A stretch of DNA of 64,000 bases from Vulcanimicrobiota bacterium (GTDB taxonomy: Bacteria > Vulcanimicrobiota > Vulcanimicrobiia > Vulcanimicrobiales > Vulcanimicrobiaceae). The position numbers were made by a program, and so were the translations under genes. This document shows, piece by piece, positions 37,438 through 45,900 of this stretch; within the stretch, counting starts at the first letter, position 1, and every line of letters starts with the position of its first letter. Under the pieces are notes generated by a model that was not told the DNA's origin, did no database searches, and worked only from the letters and a program-made list of their open reading frames with translations. The DNA lies in assembly GCA_003167155.1 (NCBI GenBank), contig PMTY01000183.1:16228-80227 (forward strand), in the 5' to 3' direction.

Positions 37438-38852
37438 CGCGAGAGGATCTCCGGAGTCATGACGAACACGACATCCGATTGCTTGTTCTGATACTGGGTG
37501 GAGGTGAAGAGTCTACCGAGGATCGGGATATCGGAGAGGAGCGGAATCTTTGAGATCGTTTTCATCTCTATTCGTTCCACCAGCCCTCCGAGCAGAATGC
37601 TCTCGCCCGGGCGCGTAACGACGTCGGTCGAAAGCTCGCTCACAGTCAGTGCCGGAATCGTGAAGCCCGAGACGATGACGGCGTTGGCGTAATCGAGGGC
37701 GGAAATTTGCGGCGCGATCAACGCTTCAATCGAGCCGTTTCCGAGAATCGTCGGCGTGACATTTAACTGCACGCCATAGTTTTGGTACGTAACGTTTACC
37801 GTGCCCAACCCCGACGAGGTCACGACCGGGATCTGCCCCCCGACCAGAAACGTGGCCTTGGTGCCGGGGGTCGTCACGAGGTTGGGACTGGAGAGCGCCC
37901 TCGCGTGGCCTTCCTGCATCAATAGATTGAGGGTCGGTGCCAGCGTGGTAGTACGGAAGAAGGGTGAGATCGTGAAGGCGCCGCCGATCGACGACGCCGC
38001 TTCGACGAAGTTAAAGCTGGGCGGAGCTAGGGTGTAGGCGTTTGGTGTAGTGGGGCTAAGCACCGCCGAACTCAGCGAAATCCCTAAATTCGATTGCGCG
38101 GTCTTGTCGACTTCGAGCACGTAGACCTTGATGTCGATCACGCTGTTGTTCAGTGAATTGATCCGGTCTATGAGTTGGCCGGTGCGGGAGAGATACGGGC
38201 CCGCCAATCCGCGCGCCCGGTCGAGAATCGCCTGAGCGGTAACCGCATCCTTTGCGTTTCCGCTCACGATCACGTCGCCTTTACCGTCCGGATCGACGCG
38301 AATATCGCTCGACCCGGGTATGCTTGCGATCGCGTGCTGCAGGTTGCCGAGGTTCTGCGTGATGGTGACGGCGTTGACGATAACGCCCTTCTGCAGCGAC
38401 ACAACCTCTTTAAAGCGCCCCACGATGTCGGCGATCTGCCCGAACTGCGCCCCGTCGGCAACCGAGCCGCGCACCACGACCGAGTGGTCAACCGTTACGA
38501 CCTCGACGCCTTTGATCAGGATGGCGCTGCGCAGCATCTGCGCGATGTCGTCGAGGACTTGCTCGGTGACGGTCACGTCATACGTTAGCCGCTGGCCGCC
38601 GGCCCAGACGACGACGGTCGTGTGGCCGGGCTCCTTACCGTTTACGATTACCTGTGACGTCCCGACCGGCACGGCGCCGGCGATCCGCCCGTCCCCCACC
38701 GCCACCCGGGTCAAGCCTGCGGCGCTGAGTACGACGGAACTGCCCGCCTGAACGGATAGCAGCGTCACCTGATCGGCTGCTGCCGGAGCGGCAAAGGCTA
38801 CCAAAGCCAAGATCGCTGCGACCGTTCCTAATCGGCGAGTGATCAAATTCAT
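37434..38852 (-). CDS. cpaC: Flp-pilus secretin (CpaC/RcpA family)
   Basis: Signal peptide, an N-terminal pilus-formation region (VTLLSVQAGSSVVL...TRVAVGD...VIVNGKEPGHTTVVVW) and the secretin C-terminus IPLLSDIPILGRLFTST...DVVFVMTPEIL. ATG 38852 is preferred (GGAGGA upstream) over ATG 38864. Confidence 0.85.
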   Translation of the reverse strand: MNLITRRLGTVAAILALVAFAAPAAADQVTLLSVQAGSSVVLSAAGLTRVAVGDGRIAGAVPVGTSQVIVNGKEPGHTTVVVWAGGQRLTYDVTVTEQVLDDIAQMLRSAILIKGVEVVTVDHSVVVRGSVADGAQFGQIADIVGRFKEVVSLQKGVIVNAVTITQNLGNLQHAIASIPGSSDIRVDPDGKGDVIVSGNAKDAVTAQAILDRARGLAGPYLSRTGQLIDRINSLNNSVIDIKVYVLEVDKTAQSNLGISLSSAVLSPTTPNAYTLAPPSFNFVEAASSIGGAFTISPFFRTTTLAPTLNLLMQEGHARALSSPNLVTTPGTKATFLVGGQIPVVTSSGLGTVNVTYQNYGVQLNVTPTILGNGSIEALIAPQISALDYANAVIVSGFTIPALTVSELSTDVVTRPGESILLGGLVERIEMKTISKIPLLSDIPILGRLFTSTQYQNKQSDVVFVMTPEILSR

Positions 38853-39045
38853 GAATTCCTCCATAGGCAGACGCGGACGTCACATAGGCGCCCGCTATTG
38901 CAAGCATTATGGCACGATTTCGCACGTTGATGCGTTAACGGAACGACGACGTTGAGTTAGAATCCAAGCGGGGGGCAGAGTCTTCTGTTGCAACGTGCCG
39001 ATGTCAATGTCATGATACAGCCGCACCAGGAGCAAGGAGGTTCGC

Positions 39046-39783
39046 ATGCGGCCTTTTCACACGGTGGTTCTTTTTGCACTTCTCTCGCTGACCCCGACGC
39101 TTATAGCCGGGGCACAGGGCGCTGCTCAAGTTCCACTCGCTCGCGTTGCCAGCGAAGCCAATCTCACGTACAACTGGCTCGTTGCAACTCGGGCGCTACA
39201 ACTCAGTGGTCCCGGAATCGTGCTGGTTATTCGCCCCGGCGACAACCTGTACGATGTGAACGATCGGGTCGAGGTGACTGCGGAAGCACCACGTTACGTT
39301 TCGAACGACCTCTACGTCTCACAAGCCCTTGCCAACCATCTAATACATCTCGCTCGGCAAGAGCAGCAGCTTATAGCATCGCAAGATCTACAGGCGGCCA
39401 GTGAGGCTCGACAAGCTCAAGACGCAATGGGGGGCGAGCTGCACGGCACGATCGTTCTCAACGTTGCACCATTGGAGGGAGCAGAAGCACTGCTCGTCAC
39501 GGGTCAGGCCCCGCCGTCTGCTTCCGTTATGATCACGCTTCTTGCCACGCTCTCCTCGGACATCCCCAACGTAGTGCTCAGCCGTCATAACCTGACTGCC
39601 GAGCCGGACGGGAAATTCCAAGCCATAGTGCCGATTGCGCCCGACTACACGCGTGATACATTCATCCACGTCCTGGCGACATCGTCGCCAGGCGTCATCT
39701 CGGCAAACGCGCAGCTCCTGGTGCAAGCACCGGACAAAGGTCTCAAAGTTCCATGGGAGACCTTTCCAGGTGGCATCTGGTAG
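39046..39783 (+). CDS. Secreted protein of unknown function heading the plus-strand Tad unit
   Basis: AAGGAGG precedes the ATG. Signal peptide MRPFHTVVLFALLSLTPTLIAGAQG. 245 aa with a central Gln-rich helix. No family recognised. Confidence 0.6.
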   Translation: MRPFHTVVLFALLSLTPTLIAGAQGAAQVPLARVASEANLTYNWLVATRALQLSGPGIVLVIRPGDNLYDVNDRVEVTAEAPRYVSNDLYVSQALANHLIHLARQEQQLIASQDLQAASEARQAQDAMGGELHGTIVLNVAPLEGAEALLVTGQAPPSASVMITLLATLSSDIPNVVLSRHNLTAEPDGKFQAIVPIAPDYTRDTFIHVLATSSPGVISANAQLLVQAPDKGLKVPWETFPGGIW

Positions 39784-39886
39784 CATCCAGACCCCTGTTC
39801 ACAACCGTTGCGGGTTCGGTCTAAAGACGGAAACTTGTAACGTACTCTTACTCACTCATTTACGTATACACGTACAAGGAGATACA

Positions 39887-40048
39887 ATGGTTACCACGTT
39901 CAAATCGATGATCCGCGACGAAGAGGGCGCAACGATGGTCGAATACGGCCTGCTCGTTGCCCTGATCGCGATGGTCGCCCTGGTTGGCGTTACCACGCTC
40001 GGTGCCAACCTCAAGTCGCTCTACACGACCGTAGCGGGCTCCGTCTAA
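39887..40048 (+). CDS. flp: Flp-family prepilin (53 aa), close paralogue of flp at 31888
   Basis: AAGGAG 5 nt before ATG 39887. MVTTFKSMIRDEEG/ATMVEYGLLVALIAMVALVGV.... The ORF track embeds it in a spurious 137-aa ORF (39635..40048). Confidence 0.85.
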   Translation: MVTTFKSMIRDEEGATMVEYGLLVALIAMVALVGVTTLGANLKSLYTTVAGSV

Positions 40049-40061
40049 GCGGAACACCACT

Positions 40062-40103
40062 GTTGCGGGGCGCGAGGACTTGGAGGCGATTTCGCCCCGC
40101 AAC
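40062..40103 (+). promoter_or_regulatory. GC-rich hairpin between flp and cpaA (possible partial terminator/attenuator)
   Basis: gttgcggggcg (40062-40072) pairs perfectly with cgccccgcaac (40093-40103), with a 20-nt loop. No T-tract follows. Confidence 0.45.
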
Positions 40104-40150
40104 CGTACTTAGGTACTGAAATCACCAAATAGCGCCTCCCTCAGAGATGC

Positions 40151-40666
40151 ATGTCGTTGATCGTTATTTGGTTGACTCTCGCCGGCACTTTCGCTGCAAG
40201 CTATTGCGACGTGCGTTCGCGCCGGATTCCCAACGTTATCACCGGATCGCTCGCCCTAACCGCCGTAATCGTTCACGCGTTTTTCGGCCTGTGGCCGCTG
40301 CTGCAGTGTCTGGGGGTTATGGCCGCGTTGACCGTGGGTGGGTACCTCGTTTATTCCCGCGGCGGCATCGGCGCCGGCGACATCAAGCTCGCCATCGCGG
40401 GCTCGGGGATGCTCAGTTACCCGCTTTGCGTACCATTTCTGCTCTATACCGGAATCTCGGGCGGCTTCATCGCACTGCTCTTCTTGCTCGCCCGTGCGAG
40501 CGCCCGCACCACACTATCGCGCTCCATTTTCATGACGCTCGCGGGTGCGCCAGGCATCGCGACCGATAAACGCGAAAAGTTACCCTACGCCGTGGCTTTT
40601 GCCCTCGGCGCCGTTCTGCTTGCACTGTCACAAAGCTTCGCTCCCTTCTTAAGGATATCGATCTGA
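40151..40666 (+). CDS. cpaA: Prepilin peptidase, CpaA/TadV type (A24 family, no methyltransferase domain)
   Basis: Both catalytic Asp contexts are present: ASYCDVRSRRIPN and GIGAGDIKL. 171 aa, polytopic. Confidence 0.8.
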   Translation: MSLIVIWLTLAGTFAASYCDVRSRRIPNVITGSLALTAVIVHAFFGLWPLLQCLGVMAALTVGGYLVYSRGGIGAGDIKLAIAGSGMLSYPLCVPFLLYTGISGGFIALLFLLARASARTTLSRSIFMTLAGAPGIATDKREKLPYAVAFALGAVLLALSQSFAPFLRISI

Positions 40667-41532
40667 TGAATACTCGCCGTACGACGCTCTTGATCGCGAT
40701 CATTTTGGCCATTGGAACCGGCTGGCTGACCTTGACCTATCTGTCGTCGGTCAAACCAGCTCAAAACGAACAACGCCAGGTCTTGATCGCGGCCCAAGAG
40801 ATCCCCGCACGATCGCGCATCGTCGACACGATGTTCCGAACCGAGATGCGCCCCACGACCGGACTTGAGCCCGACTCGCTCAACAACGGGAACCAGGCCG
40901 TCGGCTCGCTCGCACTCGTGACGATTCCCATGGGAGCGCAGCTCACGTCCTCCGATATCGGTAGCAACGTCGCCTTCGCATTGCCGGTACGGCTTCAGCC
41001 CGGAATGCGTGCCGTCAGCATTCCCGTCGACCGCGTCAAGGGAGTCTCCGGCATGATTCTGCCGGGTGACCGCGTTGACGTCATCGCGATTCCGCCGGGC
41101 GGGAGCAATGGTTCGCCGCCCAAGGCCGTGACGATCTTCCGCGGCATTCGGGTCCTGGCAGTCGGTAACACTTTGGAGAATGCCGTGGCGACGCCGGGGC
41201 CCGACGAACAGACCGCTGCGACCGTTACGCTGGAGGTTAACCCCAAACAGGCCGATCTGCTGGCATGGGCCGACCAAAACTCGACGTTGCGCCTCGCACT
41301 GCGTTCGCCGCGCGAAGCGATTCGCTCCGAGCCGGTAGAAGAGCTCGTGCTGGCTGGAAACAACTCAGCGGGTCCGGCCGCTCCGCCTGCGCCTGTTCCG
41401 GCAGTGGGTCCGGCCGTGCCGAGCATGCCGGCGCCGGTACCGGTATCCGCCCCCGGTCCGGCCGTCCGCTCGTTGCCCAATCCGGTCGAAGTGATCATCG
41501 GTGACGAAGTCCAAAAATCGAACGGGCAGTAG
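40666..41532 (+). CDS. cpaB: Flp pilus assembly protein CpaB/RcpC
   Basis: N-terminal TM, a SAF-like segment (VLIAAQEIPARSRI), an RcpC-like beta domain and a Pro/Ala-rich tail. TGATG junction with cpaA. Confidence 0.85.
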   Translation: MNTRRTTLLIAIILAIGTGWLTLTYLSSVKPAQNEQRQVLIAAQEIPARSRIVDTMFRTEMRPTTGLEPDSLNNGNQAVGSLALVTIPMGAQLTSSDIGSNVAFALPVRLQPGMRAVSIPVDRVKGVSGMILPGDRVDVIAIPPGGSNGSPPKAVTIFRGIRVLAVGNTLENAVATPGPDEQTAATVTLEVNPKQADLLAWADQNSTLRLALRSPREAIRSEPVEELVLAGNNSAGPAAPPAPVPAVGPAVPSMPAPVPVSAPGPAVRSLPNPVEVIIGDEVQKSNGQ

Positions 41533-41541
41533 CGCAGTTTA

Positions 41542-43575
41542 ATGGCGTCTCTTCCGATCTCGGTCTTCATCGGCGCGAAGGGCGGCGCCGGCACGACGAC
41601 GCTCTGTCTCGAGTTGGCGCGCGCCATGCGCGACAAACATAGCGTCGCGCTCGTCGATGCCGATTTGTCCGGCAACCGCAGCGTAGCCGTGCTCTGTGAA
41701 GCCGTGCGCACGCTCGACGCCGGGCGCGACGGAAGCACCATCGCGTCGGTGCGCACGGACGGAATCACGATCTTCGAGCTCGCCGACCGCTACGACGCCG
41801 CGTTCACGCTCGACGAAGCGAGCGTGGAGGGCTGCGTCGGCGAAGTGGGTGGCTTCGATGCGATCGTCGTCGACGCGCCACGGCCTTTCGCCGTAACGGT
41901 TCGCCCCTTTATCGCGCGAGCCCAGCGCTTCTTTATCGTTTTGGAGCCGACGCTGTTAGGCGTTGCGGGCGCGCAGTCCATGATTGCCGACCTCAAACGA
42001 TTCGGCGTTCCAGCCGGCCGCATCGACTTGATCACCAACACTCGAAGCGAGCCCGCTCAGGTGCAGCGCAACGAAATCGAGCGCGCACTCAACGGCAAAG
42101 TGGCCGCCGAGATTCCGCTTGCGACGAGCCGAACCTACGGTAAGAGCATCGCCGCTCTGCAACGGTACATCGAGTCCCTTCCCAACGAAGGAGAACTTCC
42201 CGGCCTTCAGCCGTCGGCCGGCGGACGTGCGGCCGCACCGGGTACCAACGGCCACGCGACGCCGCTTTCGACCGCTGTGGAGTTGAAGCGCGACGCCTTC
42301 AAGCAAGAAGTGCACGCCGCACTGTTGCGGCAGCTCGATCTCGTGACGGCCAGCACGGCTCACGGAGACGCGGCAAAGCTCGCCGACCTGCGTTCGAAGA
42401 TTGAAAGCATCGCCGCGTCGATGGTCAGCGAGCGCAAATTCGAAGGATCGGCCGAAGAGCTGGCAGGGCTGCGCCAAGAGATCGTCGACGAGGCGCTTGG
42501 CCTCGGCCCGCTCGAAGATTTGATGCGGGATCCCGATATCACCGAAATCATGATCAACGGCCCGAGCATGATCTATGTCGAACGCTTCGGCAAGATCGAA
42601 CACACGACGAAGCGCTTTACCAGCGATCGCCAGCTGCGTTTGATCATCGAGCGCATCATCACGCCGCTCGGACGGCGAATCGATGAATCCTCGCCGATGG
42701 TGGACGCTCGGCTTCCCGATGGATCGCGCGTCAACGCGATCATCGAACCGATCGCAATTGACGGCACGTCGATGACGATCCGGCGCTTCGGCGTGAAGCG
42801 GATGGCTGCCGAGGACCTGATCAAAGTCGGCGCCGTGCCCCCCGCAATGCTCGATTTCCTGCGAGCCGCGGTCCAAGCCCGCCTCAACTGCGTCGTGAGC
42901 GGGGGCACGGGCTCAGGGAAGACGACATTTCTCAACGTCCTTTCCTCCTTTCTTCCCGACCACGAGCGCATCGTTACGATCGAAGACGCGGCCGAGTTGC
43001 GTCTCAACCAGTCGCACGTGGTGCGGCTCGAGTCGCGACCGCCCAACATCGAGGGTACGGGCGAGATTCGCATTCGCGACCTTTTCCGAAACGCGCTGCG
43101 CATGCGGCCGGACCGCGTGGTCATCGGCGAGTGCCGTGGTCCCGAGGCACTCGACATGCTTCAGGCCATGAACACCGGCCACGACGGATCGCTCACGACC
43201 ATCCACGCCAACAGCCAGCGCGATGCGATTTCCCGCATCGAGACGCTGGTGATGATGGCCGGCTACGACTTGCCCGTGCGAGCGATCCGCGAGCAAATCT
43301 CCGCCGCGCTCGACCTGGTCGTCCACACCTCTCGCTTACGCGACGGCGCGCGTAAGCTCATTGGGGTCAGCGAGGTCGTCGGCATGGAGAGCGACGTCGT
43401 GACGATGCAAGAGATCATGCGCTTCGCGCAGGCCGGCATCGACGCCGAGGGCAAAGTGATCGGAGAGTTCGTTTACACGGGGGTTCAGCCGATGTGCATC
43501 AAACGCTTTGAAGAGTACGGGATTCCCTACGACCCGCGAGGCCTCAGCGAGATGAAACAGCTAACGACATGGTAA
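41542..43575 (+). CDS. cpaF: Fusion of a CpaE/TadZ-like ParA/MinD domain with a complete CpaF/TadA secretion ATPase
   Basis: Single 677-aa ORF. N-terminal ISVFIGAKGGAGTTTLCLELA...VALVDADL...IVVDAPRP. C-terminal DPDITEIMINGP, SGGTGSGKTTFLN, IVTIEDAAEL, DRVVIGECRG, GHDGSLTTIHAN. Confidence 0.85.
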   Translation: MASLPISVFIGAKGGAGTTTLCLELARAMRDKHSVALVDADLSGNRSVAVLCEAVRTLDAGRDGSTIASVRTDGITIFELADRYDAAFTLDEASVEGCVGEVGGFDAIVVDAPRPFAVTVRPFIARAQRFFIVLEPTLLGVAGAQSMIADLKRFGVPAGRIDLITNTRSEPAQVQRNEIERALNGKVAAEIPLATSRTYGKSIAALQRYIESLPNEGELPGLQPSAGGRAAAPGTNGHATPLSTAVELKRDAFKQEVHAALLRQLDLVTASTAHGDAAKLADLRSKIESIAASMVSERKFEGSAEELAGLRQEIVDEALGLGPLEDLMRDPDITEIMINGPSMIYVERFGKIEHTTKRFTSDRQLRLIIERIITPLGRRIDESSPMVDARLPDGSRVNAIIEPIAIDGTSMTIRRFGVKRMAAEDLIKVGAVPPAMLDFLRAAVQARLNCVVSGGTGSGKTTFLNVLSSFLPDHERIVTIEDAAELRLNQSHVVRLESRPPNIEGTGEIRIRDLFRNALRMRPDRVVIGECRGPEALDMLQAMNTGHDGSLTTIHANSQRDAISRIETLVMMAGYDLPVRAIREQISAALDLVVHTSRLRDGARKLIGVSEVVGMESDVVTMQEIMRFAQAGIDAEGKVIGEFVYTGVQPMCIKRFEEYGIPYDPRGLSEMKQLTTW

Positions 43576-44432
43576 CCGCACTCGTACCAGGAGCAATATT
43601 CCTCGGCGTCGCGGCCACGGTGTTCGCTGCGTTCTACGCGGTCTGGAGCTCGTTGAACCGCCGTGCAACCGCTCGAGTCACGAGCCTCGCCGATCGCCTC
43701 AACCGGGCCGGCATCGGCATGAAACCGCAAGAGATCGTACTGACGGTTGCGAGCGCCGTCGCGATCGTCTGGATCTCGCTGGTCTTCACGCTCCACACGG
43801 GACTGCTCACCTCGCTGATCATGCTGCCCATTATTGCCGGTACCGGTGCGTTCGGCTTCTACGCCTTTGTGGGATTCAAGATTCGCAGACGCTTGGACGC
43901 CTTTGGCGCACAACTCGAACCGGCCATGCACTTAATGGCCGGCGGTTTGCGCGTCGGACTGGCGCTGCGCCAAGCGCTGGCGATTGTCATTGACGAGCTC
44001 CCGGACCCGGCGCGATACGAGTTCCGGCGCGTCGTCGGCCAAGCGAACTTGGGAGCCAGCGTCTATGACGCGATGGATTCAATGGCCGAGCGCATGCCCA
44101 GCCACGAGTCACTGATGATCGCGCGAGTCTTTCGAGTACAGTCTGAGACGGGCGGCGATCTCGCCCGCATCCTCGATCAGCTCGCTGACACCATCAAGGA
44201 TCGCCGCCACGTCGGGCGTAAAGTCGCCGCGCTTACCGCCGAGGGGCGCATGAGCGCTTGGGTCTTGATGCTGATTCCCGTCGCTCTCGGCGCCTTCATC
44301 GACCTCACCCAGCCGGATATGGCGCACGCGGTGATCTACACCTGGATCGGGCACATCGTCTTGGTCGTCATTCTGCTATTGGAGTTCTTTGCGTATATCT
44401 GGCTGCGGAATCTGCTGAAGGTGAACGTCTGA
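43569..44432 (+). CDS. tadB: TadB (type II secretion system F-family inner-membrane platform protein)
   Basis: Position after cpaF, 287 aa, N-terminal and C-terminal TM pairs flanking a cytoplasmic GspF-like domain. Confidence 0.8.
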   Translation: MVTALVPGAIFLGVAATVFAAFYAVWSSLNRRATARVTSLADRLNRAGIGMKPQEIVLTVASAVAIVWISLVFTLHTGLLTSLIMLPIIAGTGAFGFYAFVGFKIRRRLDAFGAQLEPAMHLMAGGLRVGLALRQALAIVIDELPDPARYEFRRVVGQANLGASVYDAMDSMAERMPSHESLMIARVFRVQSETGGDLARILDQLADTIKDRRHVGRKVAALTAEGRMSAWVLMLIPVALGAFIDLTQPDMAHAVIYTWIGHIVLVVILLLEFFAYIWLRNLLKVNV

Positions 44433-45295
44433 TGGGACACGCGCTCATGTTATTGATTCCGCTGCTTTTCGGGCTATCGGCATTCTTCTTCGCGCTCTCC
44501 CTGCTTCCGACGAAGAGCGCGCTCACCGATCAGCTCGAGGTTTTGAAAGCGCGTGACCCGCTTCGGCGAGACCCCGCGGAGATGGCGCTCGTCCAAAAGC
44601 TCCTGCCCGAAGAGCGCCGGGCAATGATCTCGAAGCAGCTCATCGAGGCTGGCTGGTACACGACGACGCCGGCAAAGTTCGGCATGCGCATGGTCGGTGG
44701 TGCCATCCTCGGTTTCGTGCTCACGCTCTTGGTATGGCGGATCGTAAACTTTCCTTTGGGGTTGTTGCCCGTCCTACTCGCGGCCTTTACCTTTGTCGGC
44801 GGCTACTCGCCGTTCTTCGCACTCAATCGCGCGATGGAAACACGCAAAGCCGGGATCCAAAAGGCCCTGCCGGAGTTCTTGGACATGGTCTCGGCAACGG
44901 TTCAAGCAGGCCTGGCGCTCAACTCCGCGCTCGGCTACGCGGTCGAGGCCGTGCCCGGACCGCTCGGCGACGAGATCAAAGAGGCGCTCTCCGAAATCCG
45001 TCTCGGACGCGCGCGTGCCGAGGCGCTCAAAGCGGTCGGAGAGCGCACAAATCATCCGGCGCTTCGCAACGCGCTTCGCGTGATGACCCAAGCTGAGCGT
45101 CTCGGCGCCAACATCGCCAAACTCCTCAACGACCTTGCGGCGGACGCCCGGCATCAACGGTTGATGCTGGTCGAAGAGATGGCGGCGAAGCTGCCGGTCA
45201 AGATGGTCTTTCCGATGGTGCTCTTCATGATCCCGGCGATCGTGACGGTGATCTTTGGTTCCGTCGCCGCCAACTATTTCGCTACGCCAAAATGA
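44432..45295 (+). CDS. tadC: TadC (T2SS F-family platform protein)
   Basis: ORF-track start 44258 trimmed to ATG 44432 (TGATG junction with tadB). Same topology as TadB. Confidence 0.8.
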   Translation: MGHALMLLIPLLFGLSAFFFALSLLPTKSALTDQLEVLKARDPLRRDPAEMALVQKLLPEERRAMISKQLIEAGWYTTTPAKFGMRMVGGAILGFVLTLLVWRIVNFPLGLLPVLLAAFTFVGGYSPFFALNRAMETRKAGIQKALPEFLDMVSATVQAGLALNSALGYAVEAVPGPLGDEIKEALSEIRLGRARAEALKAVGERTNHPALRNALRVMTQAERLGANIAKLLNDLAADARHQRLMLVEEMAAKLPVKMVFPMVLFMIPAIVTVIFGSVAANYFATPK

Positions 45296-45900
45296 TTGCC
45301 GCGCTGCTCGCCGCGTTCTTCTTCGGCTGCATCGGATTCATCGCGACGCAAACGAGCGCGAGCGTCTGCCGTAACATCGCCCCCGCCGACGACGGACCGC
45401 AAACGTCGAAACCGCCGTATGCCGCGCTCGTTGTCGCCGCAGCTCTACTCGGCGGAATCTTCGTCGCGCTACACACGCCGCCGCTGGAGCTCGGCATCGC
45501 CGCGATCGTGATCTTTGCGCTCGTGGCCTGTTGGTGCAGCGACGCCCTTTGCGGCTTCCTTCCCGACGCCTTTACGCTCGGGCCGCTTGCCGCCATTCTG
45601 CTTTTCGCCTTCGCACAGCGCGACTGGGAAATCATCGTCTCCGCCGCGATCATCTTCGTGCCGTTTGCAGCCGCGGCGCTCTTCTCACGCGGTCTGGGGA
45701 TGGGCTGGGGTGACGCCAAGCTCGTCGCGCTCACCGGAGCGGCGCTCGGTGCGCCGTTGGGCGCCGTCGCGCTCGCCGTAGCCTGCGTCGTGGCCGTCGT
45801 CGTCCATCGATTCACCGGTGCGCGTAGCGGCCCGATCGCGTTTGCACCGTACATCGCCGCCATTACCGGCGCCGCCTTGCCCCTCGGACTGACGCACTAA
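45292..45900 (+). CDS. Second A24-family prepilin peptidase, PilD-like core
   Basis: ATGA overlap with tadC. Asp contexts CSDALCGFLPD and GMGWGDAKL resemble the PilD-type rather than the CpaA-type sequence. Confidence 0.7.
   Translation: MIAALLAAFFFGCIGFIATQTSASVCRNIAPADDGPQTSKPPYAALVVAAALLGGIFVALHTPPLELGIAAIVIFALVACWCSDALCGFLPDAFTLGPLAAILLFAFAQRDWEIIVSAAIIFVPFAAAALFSRGLGMGWGDAKLVALTGAALGAPLGAVALAVACVVAVVVHRFTGARSGPIAFAPYIAAITGAALPLGLTH

Noticed and set aside
40585-42876. Minus-strand ORFs 40585..41277, 40995..41768 and 41956..42876 (230-306 aa)
   Set aside because: They are antisense to cpaB and cpaE::cpaF, which carry clear family motifs. Their translations are Arg/Gly/Ala-rich without motifs.
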